Of a DNA stretch of 64,000 nucleotides, positions 24,729-37,012 are shown piece after piece. The stretch is from assembly GCF_006345805.1 (NCBI RefSeq), contig NC_042999.1, forward strand, positions 88,288,001 through 88,352,000, read 5' to 3'. This stretch comes from Octopus sinensis (Eukaryota). A program made the position numbers and the translations under genes. Below the pieces are notes generated by a model that worked only from the letters and a program-made list of their open reading frames with translations, had not been told where the DNA came from and did not search any database. How positions within the stretch are numbered: position 1 is the stretch's first letter; every line of letters begins with the position of its first letter.

Positions 24729-24760
<32 letters not shown>

Positions 24761-24950
24761 ATATAATATATATATATATACATATATACGACAGGCTTCT
24801 TTCAGTTTCTGTCTACCAAATCCACTCACAAGGCATTGGTCGGCCCGGGGCTATAGCAGAAGACACTTGCCCAAGATGCCACGCAGTGGGACTGAACCCA
24901 GAACCATGTTGTTGGTTAGCAAGCTACTACCACACAGCCACTCCTGCGCC
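23598..24950 (-). mobile_element. Family 1 SINE split by an inverted-repeat cassette
   Basis: SINE 3' half at 23598-23820 and 5' half at about 24785-24950, both close to the intact copies. Confidence 0.85.
23822..24729. repeat. Interlaced double inverted duplication A-B-A'-C-B'
   Basis: A 23822-23915 vs A' 24256-24349 (94 bp, no mismatch found). B 23924-24255 vs B' 24398-24729 (332 bp, 3 mismatches). C is a 48-bp spacer. Confidence 0.95.
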
Positions 24951-25082
24951 TATATATATATTTTGACTATTTATTAAATTTTATGTATTGATTAAGTCTT
25001 TCCTTGTTTGTTTTGCAAAATAGTGGTTTTGTCTCAAATAATATTTTATATATACGTGTATATATATACACACACACACACA

Positions 25083-25582
25083 CTTATACATACTAATACG
25101 TACTAATACATACTAATACATACACCAACCCCATACATACGCACGTCCAGACCAATCCTACGCACTAATACTCTCTCATACACACACACACACACACCCT
25201 TATACATACTAATACATACACCAACCCTATACATACACACGTCCAGACCCCTCCTACGCACTATTAGCTGGTCCTTCAACCCTATTATCAACCCTATTAT
25301 CAACCCTATTATCTCCCCTTATTTCGCTCTCGCGTCTCATGTTTGATCTTTGACCTCTGGCCGAAATCAGATCGCCATGTTGATTCGTTAGCTACTGCAC
25401 GCATTTTTTTCTCTCCTTCTTTCTGTGTTTTTTTTCTCTCTGTGTATCTTTCTGCTGAAGAGCGTAGGCTCGAAACGTTAAAGACTTGTTTTATTTATAT
25501 TTCCTGAGCGCCATACTAATACAATTGTTCGTTTGTTTTCCACCTGCCTTCGTCTTTTGTCTATTTTCATAAAGCTTCCCGT
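25083..25582 (+). mobile_element. Penelope-like terminal-repeat fragment with a minimal hammerhead-like motif
   Basis: CTGCTGA-A-GAGC-GTAG-GCTC-GAAAC-GTTA at 25452-25480. Upstream are local duplications and CAACCCTATTAT x3. It ends at (TA)n. Confidence 0.5.
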
Positions 25583-25599
25583 TATATATATATATATAC

Positions 25600-25667
<68 letters not shown>
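25583..25667. repeat. (TA)n microsatellite
   Basis: Direct reading. Confidence 0.97.
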
Positions 25668-25670
<3 letters not shown>

Positions 25671-27784
25671 GGTGATGATATGCTAAAATATAATAAAGGG
25701 ACAGAAATAGGTGTCCCAATGTAGGGAAGATACTTTGCTGGTAGTAATGAGGTGTCAGCGCATATCTACAAGGCACAGGAAGATGAATATAAGAGCAGTG
25801 AGACAGAAGTTTGGATAGAGTGAGTGAGCAGCTGAATTCATGAGAGTGTGAAAGGGGGCAGGTCAACATCCAGAAGTCATTCTTCACTATTTTGACTCTC
25901 ATCTACCCGGGTTTCTCTGTTCCACAGGTTCCATCCAGATTTAGCAATTGATACTTCTTTATACAGCTGTCTGTAAATTCTATTAAATTTTGAAAATGAT
26001 ATGTATTATAATAAACATTGACTTAATGTTCATTCAATATGTGTATACACTCTATAAGACATCAGATGTATATATACATAAATAAACTTAGAGAGAGGGA
26101 GAGATACATGCACACATGCACACACACGTGCATGTACATGAAATGCTTGTGTTTATATATATGCATACAAATATCCAGAATGCATTCATATACACCACCT
26201 ATATGAAGATATGACTGCTTAGCTAATATTGATATTTATTTCACTTTCTTTCTAATATCACTTGTAGAAGACCATGACTTGCTGTCCTGAAATTATTGGG
26301 CACTAATTATCTACTGAGCAACTACTTGATGCAGACTCCAGGAATTTGATTTAATATGAAAATAATTAATATGTTTTTAAGAGGTTATCCACATTTACAA
26401 TCAGAGGACATAAATTGTTGTCAAAATCCATAATTATAGAATAATTTGATTAAGGAGTAGCAATATAAACTTTGTTGACCTCAATACTAGATGTTCAGCT
26501 TTCTCAACAGCACTCAGTGAATGTCAGATAACTAAAGACTATGAAATGAAGCCAGCTTAAGAAAGTCATAAAATCATTGTTACTAATAATTAAAACCAGC
26601 CACTGTCAGCAAAACATGACATATGTCTCTGACAGGAACCAGTGAAATATTTCTTCAAGCTAATTGGCTTAACAATGTGTTTATCATGAAATATAGTTTT
26701 TATATTCACTTGAAGATTTTACTGTGGCATCAGTGTAACACACTTTCTCAAATATTTTACAGTATCGGGTTCTTATAATTCAGGTGTTTTACTGGCTTTT
26801 AATCATTAATGGGTCAATTTGATGCAATTTTTCATTTTATCTTTTACATTTTCACTTATTGTTTTGTTATGATGTTTTTGCTTCATTTCATATCTAAACT
26901 ATTAAAAATTTGATGTTTTTATAAACTGAAATTAAGAGGAACAAAATGTGATGTTCAAATTTGAACTTGAATAAGAATTTCCAAGTAAAATATTAATTTG
27001 CTGATTTATACCTAAGTTACACCTTTTATTCATTTTCTGTCAGAATTACAACTAAGCTGGGTTTTATTTTCAATTTTTATTTTCTCTTTGGATTTTTCTT
27101 TTACCTCATCATCATCATCATCATCATCGTCAAATTTTCACTAGCTTCCTCATTTTCACACCAGTCTGGTTATGAAAATATTCATTCTATTAATTTTAAA
27201 TCCCTAACTAAAATATCTTAAATTGAAATTCCCTTTACTGTATTTAGCATATCAAGTTTGAAAGTATTTTTAATTTGTTTCCCCTTTTGATTTTCACCTC
27301 AACATCAATTTATTTTTTATCTGTCTCCTCATCTTAACACTACTAATCTGATTTATGAAAATATTTGTTCTATTAATTTTAAATTCCAAACTAAATAATT
27401 TTTACTGAAATTTCCATTAAGATTGAGATGTTCAAAATAATAAAAAAGAAATTTGGAGGAAAAGCATATCTAGATGGTTTGATATCATGTCAATGACATA
27501 TCTTCTTTAAAACCTACATTGTACTATAATCTGAAATATGCTGAAAGAAGTAAATAAAATATCTTGATGCCTGTGGTTTATAAGATTTCTGTAAGACACG
27601 GAAGCAACATAGTTTAGCTATGCTGATTATGATGGTGAAATATTTACAATATGCAGCTCCTGTTTGGTTCAGTTAATTATTTTCCTAGATAAAGTGATTA
27701 CTGTAAGTACAGTTTAAGAAATAAAATCTTGCTTTAGAATAAGTTTTCTCAGAATTCATTTATTCATTTTATACTTAATTTATT

Positions 27785-28185
27785 CTGTTACTCTTTTACT
27801 TGTTTCAGTCATGTCATTCTGGCCATGCTGGAGCACCGCCTTTAGTCGAGCAAATTGATCCCAGGTCTTATTCTTTTTAAGCCTAGTACTTATTCTATCA
27901 GTCTCTTTTGCCAAACAGCTAAGTTACGGGTATGTAAACACACCAGGATTGGTTGTCAAGCGATGTTGGTGGGGACAAACACAGACACACAAACATATAC
28001 ACACACACATACATATATATACGACGGGCTTCTTTCAGTTTCCATCTACCAAATCCACTCACAAGGCTTTGGTTGGCCCAAGGCTATTGTAAAAGACACT
28101 TGCCAAAGGTGCCGCGCAGTGGGACTGAACCTGGAATCATGTGGCTCGTAAGCAAGCTACTTACCACACACCCACTCCTATGCCT
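27785..28185 (-). mobile_element. Intact family 1 tRNA-headed SINE
   Basis: Minus-strand head GGAGTGGGTGTGTGGTAAGTAGCTTGCTTAC...GGTTCAGTCCC, internal (TA)/(TG) tract, tail ...GACTGAAACAAGTAAAAGAGTAA. Confidence 0.85.
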
Positions 28186-28641
28186 ATTGTAAACTTTATT
28201 TTTAAATTTAAATTTCATCTTACTAGATGTTAAATTGATAAAAACCTCACTTATTAAAAAATACAAAATTTAATATCCTAGTGCATGAACCAAAACTAAT
28301 CTATTCCATGGCAATATTAACCCTAGCACTCCATCGGTTATGACAACGAGTGTGCCAGTTGATCCATTCGATGGAACAGCTTGCTCATGAAATTAACATG
28401 CATGTAACTGAGCACTCCACAGGCATACGAACCCTTAATGTAGTTCTCAGGGAGATCCAGCATGATACAGTGTGACAAGGCTGGCCCTTTGAAATACAGG
28501 TTCTTTCCATTTTCGACAGCTGAGTGGACTGGAGTAATGTGAAATAAAGTATTTTGCTTAAGGATACAATGCACTGTCAGGAATCAAACCTACAGCCAAA
28601 CAATGATGCGTTGAATATCCTAACTACTAAGCCACATAATA

Positions 28642-29274
28642 TCTATATATATAAAGCTGAAGTTGTCTGTGTGTGTGTGTGTGGCAGGTTTGGTAGCCTT
28701 CAACTAACACTATCTCCTCTGAGATCCTGCAGCACAAGTTGACCAAAATTGAGAGTATGATAGAAGAAGGTTTGCTCTTCATTCCGTAGCAGAAAACATT
28801 CAAATCGGACCGTGTTAAGACCAAAAATTATTTACATAAAAAGGTGCTTTTTTTTATGAAAATCCCTATTTTTTACAATTTTTTGACTGCTGTGTCGTTA
28901 TTTTTTGGTGTATTTCAACCAGAAAAAGTGTGATTTGGGGATTTTCGTGTACTTTTTCTTAATGAATACTGTTGCAGTGTTAACTTCTTAACAGATTTTC
29001 AGTGCAGTTCGAAACTTGAGCTTCATTTTGCTTTAAATCTATGGGTAATTTTTTTCTCCATAATGTTACTAGAAGGAATATTAACCAACAGTACCAACAA
29101 TTGAAGTCGGCATTACACATTTGCCGCACATTCAGAGCAAACTTGAGCATCGCCACACTATACTTTTATTCATAGACTGAAACTATGTCAAAACTTTGTT
29201 AATGCAACATCAAAGTCTGCTGTTTTAAGCACAACTAAAAAACAAACCCGATCAACGCCGGGCTATACTGCTAG
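28642..29274 (+). mobile_element. Non-autonomous Helitron
   Basis: 5' A|TCTATATATATAAAGCTG and 3' CCCGATCAACGCCGGG hairpin about 9 nt before CTAG|T. It sits between A and T with no TSD. Confidence 0.85.
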
Positions 29275-32200
29275 TAGAAGATAAAGGAAAACGTGAAAGC
29301 AAGTGACTTAGTGGCCAGGTCAGTATTCAGCTCACAATTGCAAGGTCATGAGTGTCCTTGAGCAAGACACTTTATTTCTTGTTGCTGCAGTTAGCTTGTA
29401 AAAATGAGTTGTACCTGTAGTTCAAAGGGACCAGTTTTTGTCATATCTGGTGTGTCATGCTGAATCTCCCTGAGATCTACATTAACAGTACATGTGTCTG
29501 TAGACTGCATGTACCATTAATGTACCACTAATGTCACTTGCACATTAATTTCACAAGCAGGCCTTATACTTTAAGGTGGCAAGCTGGCAGAACCTTCAGC
29601 ACACTGGGCAAAACGTTTATCAGTATTTTGTTTGTCATTATGCTCTGAGTTCAAATTCTGCTGAGGTTAACTTTGCCTTTCATACTTTTGCACTCGATAA
29701 AATAAATACCAGCTGAACACTGGAGTTAATGTAATCAACTTATCCAACACCCTAAAATTTTGGCCTCTGTGATAAAATTTGAAACCAACATGGAAAATAA
29801 AGGCATATACACATGGTCGTTTTTATCCTCAAACCTCAGCAGAATTCAACTAACGTGTAAGTTATTTTTAATTTTCTATTTTTCCTTGTTTCAGCCACTA
29901 GACTTTGATCATGAAGGGGCACTGTCTTGAAGAATTTTAGTTGAAAAAAACCAACCCCAGTATTTTTTTTAGCCAAGTTCTAATTCTATCCGTCACTTTT
30001 GCCAAATTACTAAGTTATGGGGACATAAACACAGTTGTCAAGTTAGTGTTAGCTAATTTAATACATTAAGAAGCTAATAAGAAATTTAAAAAATCTGCAG
30101 TTAAAATGAATTCATAGCAGTCAATAACAAATAGTATTTCCATATTTCTATCAAGTATGGTATATAACTCTGTCATGTTGCAATCATATACTGTAGCCTT
30201 TTCTGCAATTGCCAAAGTAGCAATTAAAGAATCGGTATGCAAATGTACTAAGTTACGCATTGATAAGAGCAAGAAAATTAGTAATTCACATGTGTTATTT
30301 GCAAGGAAAATACTCAACTTTTTAATGCAAGGGAAATTGAGAAAGCTAATTAGAAATAATTATGAGGTGACAAAATGAAATATTATAAAGTGGCTTGTTG
30401 ATGCATGTTTGCAAAGAGACAATTGAAAATACTAAAAGAAAAAATTTAAGAATAAAATACCATTGTATTAGAATCCTTATAATTTAGAAACAAAAGTTTT
30501 TTTTTAAGTGTTTTAAGCTAATAGAGAATAAAAAAGATATTAAGTGGCTAAGAAAATTTCACATTTTAATTGATACTAAGACTCCTAAATCTGTTGTTCC
30601 TAAAACTTACATCATAAACACTGGACTCTCACAAGATGCAGTGGAAGGGCATCAAGAAAACATCAAAATTTATCATCATCATCATCATTATCAACATCGT
30701 CCTTTAACGTCTGTTTTTCCTGCTGGCATGGGCTGGAAAGTTTGACCAGAGCTAGCAAGCAGGAGAGCTGCACCAGGTTCCAGTCTAATTTGGCTTAGTT
30801 TCTATGGCTGGGTGCCCTTCCTAACACCAACCCCTTTACAGTGTGTAGTGGTTGGTTGCTTTTAATGTGACACTGGCATGTATACATAAAAATATAAAAA
30901 AAAACAAAGATGAAATGGATATATGATTATCTCAAATATTTCCAAACATAAAAGAATGGTTACAAAAACAAAAAGAAATCAAACTTCAAGCTCTCTCTCT
31001 CTTTTTTTTTTTTTCTTGTCATTCAAAACTGTTTCACAGAAGTGAAAACTTGATAATTTTCTGTTGTTTAAATTCTTCATATTTACAGATTCAAGTATAT
31101 ATTATCAGTTTTTGATATGCTTTATAAATTTTGGGTGTATAGCAAAATATAATTTGTTTAAAGTGCAGTACAAGTAAAGAAAAATATTATTGGGAACCAC
31201 TGCATCAGATTTATGAGTGTATAGTAAAGTTTGCTTTCATGTTCACAGATTCATTTAATAAACACTTCAAACTCTGATAAATAACCTTGTACCCAGGAAA
31301 ATGAAATCCTTATTATGCTGAATTTAAATGTAGCCTTTTCTGTTTGAAATAGCAATTTCATTTTATTCCCTATATAATTCAATATATACACTAGTCAACT
31401 GGGTTCTACAAGCAATAATAACACCATGTCTAGTTGAAAACTCTTTTAGAAAACACTTTTAGTTACCAATTACCAATAATAAACTAGATTCAGGGAATGG
31501 TCGAAATAAATTGGAAAAAAAAGTTTGTTTAAAAAGTCTTGTAAATAGAATGAGGCAGCTTAACAAGGTATAGCTTTTCAGAAAACTTCCTTCCATTAAA
31601 TTGACATTCTAGTCTGACATGGATTAAGGAAGTGATCACTGGGATGATAGAATAGAGAAAAAAAAAATAAAGTTGGTCTGTCATGTGTTATAATGGAGTT
31701 GGGCATGAAAGAATTTGTTGCAGAGATGATTACCTGAAAGTGACTTTACTTATCTGGAATCTGTCCAGTTCTATCAATGGAAGTGCTGACAAAATACTGG
31801 TCTTGACATGTTATTTAAAATAGCAGTTCTTCAGTGATCTCAAGGTCGTTGCTAATCAAATAAATGAAAGTGTCTTTCCCCTTTTCTTGTTTTCAAGTCA
31901 ACCAACTCTCTAGGTGCATTCTTTATCATACAGTGTTTGAGGAAAAAAAAAATTAAAATAACAGTATTTTGATAGTGAGCAGAAAGCCCAACATTCTCGA
32001 AAAATCAATTAGAAGTAAATAAAACTATTATAACTAACCATAAATATCTCTTTTATGTCTTTATGCCAAGTTTTCCATTTTTCTCCTGCAACACACTGAC
32101 CCTGATAATCAATTACTCCCATTTGAGACTCCATCTTTTCAAATATTACCTTCCCTAAAAGAATACATTATATATACTTGTACACACCCACGTACATACA

Positions 32201-33248
32201 AACATATAGGCATATGTGTACACACACACATATCAACATGTGTATACATATATGTATGTGTGTGTCTGTATGCAATAAGATAGAATAAATAAGTTATACA
32301 CTTCAGTCTCAAAAGACTTACACTTTAGATTATAGAGCTGGGTATGAAAATAAGTTACATAAATGAAATTAATAGGCATAGCCTTGTGGTAAAAATTTTG
32401 CTTTATAAACATGTTTTTCTGGATTTGAGCTCACTATGTGGCACGTTTGACAAATGCCTTCCACTGAAGACTAGGGTTTTCTTTTGAGAAAAAATGTAGT
32501 AGATATAAACAGTGCAGGAAGTACTCCTGTATATAGCTTCATCATTTTCCTCATTGTTATTGTTGTCATTGTTTTATATGTTTTCCTTGCTGGATGACCT
32601 AATAGGACATGATAAATTGGAGGATGATGTCTTGCTCTAATGTTTCAGTTTTTACATGATTTCTGGGGTTGGGTATCTTTCCTAACATCAACTACTTTAC
32701 AGAAGATACTGGGTGCATATCTTCATGACACCAGCATTATAGAGTCTGTCTTGTTCTCAACACAATGAAACATGTTTCTTTAGCCCTGCTTTTCTACAGC
32801 TTGATTTAATTTACTAATCGCTTACACAGAATATACTGGGAGATATTTGTGACACTAGCACTAGTGTGATAACTTTGTAGCTCACAGAGGAGAAAAGAGA
32901 GGCCCTGTGAGTGAAAGAGTATAAGTTAAAATATTATTAAAGAAACAGATTTATCATTGTTGGAAGATGGTAGAGGAAAGAGTAACATAGGTAACAGTTT
33001 TGGTAGTTGTGGGAATGGATAAGACAGGTATAGTAAAAATGCAAGAGTAATGTCAGAGTTTAGTGGGAAAGGGAGGAGGTGGACAAAGTGATAAGGATGG
33101 TAGGTGGGATGTGTAGGGGGAAATCAGTGAGGGGTGTGGGTTTGCTGTAATAGCAAAAATATGAATTTCTTCCATCTTCTTACTCTGTTAAAATATTTAA
33201 GAAAAATTATATTAGTGTGTCCTACTTGTTAAAAAAACTCTATATTTT

Positions 33249-33336
33249 GTGCAGCTGAAGATAGCACTGCATTTAAATTGATGTAATGATTGCATTGTTC
33301 AATTAAATGGAGCCACTTGAAACAGTCGTACTGCAT
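33249..33336 (+). ncRNA. Second copy of the type I hammerhead-like motif
   Basis: GTGCAG-CTGAAGA-[stem II]-GAAAC-AGTC-GTA-CTGCAT, homologous to 22579-22666. Confidence 0.5.
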
Positions 33337-33389
33337 TACTACTTGATATCCTGTCACTTATTTTGATTTTATACATATGCATATATATT

Positions 33390-33422
<33 letters not shown>
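33390..33422. repeat. (GA)n microsatellite
   Basis: Direct reading. Confidence 0.95.
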
Positions 33423-33425
<3 letters not shown>

Positions 33426-35224
33426 GTCATTTTCATTTTATGTCCACTTTCCATGCCTGCATGGGTTGGACATGACAGTTCAAGTCAGTTCTTTGTAAAG
33501 TAACACAAATTTATTGTTGAGAGAGGACAGTGGAGGATAAACTAAAAGAAGCAATATTAAGAAAGGAAAGAAAAAAACAGTGTCAAGAGGTTAGCAAAAG
33601 AAAGTAAGAGGGACATAGGGATACACACACATGCGCACACACATGCACTCATGCCTCCCCCCCTTTCTACTGTTATAAGTGTCAGTTGAGACCTTTTTTT
33701 TTCTCTATGACTAAGAGAGGGTGAAATAACATTTTTTTAAACTCCTAGATCTTCCTTCTTCAAAATGCCTTTGTTTCTGAGTCAGAGTAGCCCTTATTTT
33801 GAAGTCACCAACTACTAATTTATGTTGGGAGGTACCTTCTTCGTTTGGGAATGACTTGACCTTTGTGTTGAGTGCATGTGTGCTTGTGTGTGTATGCTTG
33901 TGTTTCAGTGTGTGAAACATGCATATGTTGAGCATGTGTGTGCTTGAGTGTGTGTGTGTGTGTATGTGTACATGCGTGCACATGTGTGTGTGCATGCATG
34001 CATGTGTGTGTGTGTGCAAGCATGCTTGTGTGTTTGTGTGTATCTTGTATAAGTGTGTTTATGTGCATGGTCTGTGTTTGTATACATTAGTAATTAAGAA
34101 ACAGTAGAGATTGTGTGCCCTTATATAAAAAGTTAAATTAATCATTCAATAAACAAAGAATGATAAAAATTAGTAACAGACTGAAATAAATATTGGGACT
34201 GATATGGTTGACAAAACCCTTGATGATGTTGCCTCACTATGGCCGTAATAAATGTCTGAAACTAGTAAAAGAGAAAAACAGTATACAGGTACCATGAAAA
34301 AAACTCCCCCTAACTATTCCATGTAGAATTTTCTAATGTATTTCCCTTATAATTATTGAATTTAAATTCTTCTCTGACTTTTCAGTGTTTTGACTAATTA
34401 ATTTACATTTTTTATCAATCAGTTATGGTGCGAAAATCAAATACCATAATTTGCTTTCAAGTTCATCTAAAAACAAGTTCCAGGTCATTGCTATGCCAGA
34501 AATATTGCATACAATCATAAAAACAAAGAGTGGATATGTTTCTCTTTTCTCTCACTGGTTGATGCTTATAAAATCTGATAACACTTTACAAACAAGATTG
34601 GTTCTTTGTATATATTTATAATAAACAAAATATAAGAGATAATCATATCACTAATGCAAATAATACTGATGCAATTATATTACACAAAATCAATGCAAAA
34701 GTAATATTATGCCAGACACATTATGAACAAGGGATCAAAAAAATATCTATATAGCAATAAGTGGTTCTTGTTTTTTGACCAAAGTAGTTGAGGTAGTACA
34801 GAAAGTCTTAGCAGATCTTGCCTAATTTGCAATATTTATACGATAGATGTTCAGCTTTTTAAGGTCAATACCTGTAATGAAATCATGAGTACATGAGCAG
34901 AGATAGGGCTCCAGAAGGAAACATCTCTGAGGAGGAAAGAGGGGTTAAAGTGTTCAGTATGAGATTGAAAGAAATGACACAAAGTGACAATGACAGGAGG
35001 ACAAGAGCTAAACCTCTTGTTGGTTCAGATGAACAAGAACTGTTGCAGTGGTAATAAAAGAAACAAGAAAGGCCATAGCCAATCAGTGGCTTGCTGGTTG
35101 TAATACATCTGATTTGAAAATTTGCCAGCCAGATGGATTTTGTATTTGGATGAGATCTAGAATGCTTGGGTGTAGTAGCTGTTCTATCTTAGTCAGGGTA
35201 TCACAAAGCTAATTAGGAAGAGAA

Positions 35225-36582
35225 TAAGCATAGAGGGAATGCAGTTTACGTTTATGAGAATAGGGGTATTATCTGTACCTTCTCCTTAGTTAGACAACTA
35301 TAGAGGCTTTTAGTTGAGAGAATAGAACTACATGCATTTGTTGATTTGAAGAAAGCTTTTGACAAAATTCCACAAACTGCAATCCTGAAGACACTAAGAA
35401 AACTGTGTGTAGATGAATGGCTAATGAGAATAATGAATGCCACATACAGGGGTGGTGTCCACAAAGCAAAATTTATCAATGAGTTCAAGCAAAGAATTTA
35501 GTGTTCAATTAAGTGTCCATCAGGGCTTGGCTCTCAGCCATCCAATTCATTATAATTCTCCTAGCCACAACAGACAAATTTCATGTCTAGGTATCTTTGA
35601 TAATTCCTGTAAGCCACTATCCTAGTTTTATCAACTAAATCAGTTAAAAAGTAAAAGGAAATGTTCCAGATATGAAAGGGGAGAACCAGGAAGTCTAAAC
35701 GTAAAATGAGCAAAAATAAAACTTAGCTAAGAAAAAAAAATGCAAAACACCTGCTAATACCTGGGAAAATAGCTGTGCTTGATATGTAGAAAAGATATTG
35801 GCAGTGATTTTATACTGTGTGCCCTGATTAAACTATAAATGCCTAAGAGATTCAGTGGAGCCTCAGATAGGTTGAAAGAGAATGATTTTATATGTAATAG
35901 GTACAGAGGTGTAGTTAGCAATTTGAGCAACCTTGAAATTAGTTCTTTCAAATACCCAGGATATTCCCTAAAAGTAGATATGGCTTCTGTTAACTGGGTG
36001 ACTTATTCAACTATGAAGGTGATGTTCTAAACATGTAGCTAAAGAAAGGACAGCGTGGAAAAAGTTGAGTCGCTTGTTGCCTCTGCTTCCAATGAATGTA
36101 TTTTTCTCTGAGTGAAAGGCAAATTGTATGATACTTGAGCACAAAATATTATTTAGTATGGTAGCACAACATGGCTAATTAATGGGGAGGATGTGCGAAG
36201 GCAGCAAATAAATGAAGCAAGCATGCTCCTCTGGATGTATAATGTTAGTGCATGAATGGTGGAGCACAAGTGAGCAAAAGGAAATACTAAGACTAGGTAT
36301 AAGAGAAATCAGATGTAGTGTGCAAGAAAGGAGACTGTACTGGTTCGGCCAAGGAATGGAAAGGAAGGGTGACAGTTAGGTAAAGGAGTCCCAAATGGAA
36401 TGAACCTGCAAAAGATGAAGACCAAGGAAGATATGAAAGACATAGTGAAAACTGATCTTCAAATGTTGAACCTCATTAAGAGGACACTGATTGATTACAA
36501 TAAGCAGTGAAACACTGTGTTGGAAAATACCCATGCAACTCATACAAAAATGGTAAAACAGATGAAAAATATTGATGATGAT
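35225..36582 (+). mobile_element. Heavily decayed RTE LINE (RT through 3' tail)
   Basis: SIEGMQF, AFVDLKKAFDKIPQ, VHQGLALS and RRLYWFGQ remnants; ends ...GATGATGATG. Confidence 0.75.
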
Positions 36583-36805
36583 GTATTTTCTAGTGTTAGA
36601 GAGATAGGCTAGTCATTGGGAGGTAATTTTGGTTATGTTATAGCTGTATTGTCACTGTATAAGGTTATCAGATGTTGTGTAAATGCAGTGATTCAATCAT
36701 TTTTATTTCACAGCACACTGGAAATCAAACAAAATTACTGTCACACGTGGCATGGATGATTAAAATTTATATTGCTACACTTTGCATGAGAAATTAAAAA
36801 TTATA

Positions 36806-37012
36806 CAAGGAGGTGCTGAAAAGTTCCTGGCTTTAAGGATATTGTGAAAGGCCTGGTTGGGGGCCTGACCTTCTGAGTTCTTTTACAGAGTTTAGAAAAA
36901 CTGAAGGACCACCATAATGAGTGTGTAAGCCTAGAGGGGAACAAAATCATAATTAACTGGTCTACCTCTGTTTTCTTATATGCAAAGCTAGGAACTTTTT
37001 AGCACCACCTTA
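36806..37012 (+). mobile_element. Mariner-derived MITE (207 bp)
   Basis: TA|CAAGGAGGTGCTGAAAAGTTCCTGGCTTT ... AAAGCTAGGAACTTTTTAGCACCACCTTA|TA. The interior GAAAAACTGAAGGACC...GAGTGTGTAAGCCTAGAGGGGAA resembles the end of a mariner transposase. Confidence 0.8.

Noticed and set aside
31734-31785. Minus-strand 52-nt candidate exon (LPLIELDRFQISKVTF) with CAG|GTAATC donor
   Set aside because: The peptide is unrecognised and its phases do not chain with the other candidates. Chance occurrence is plausible.
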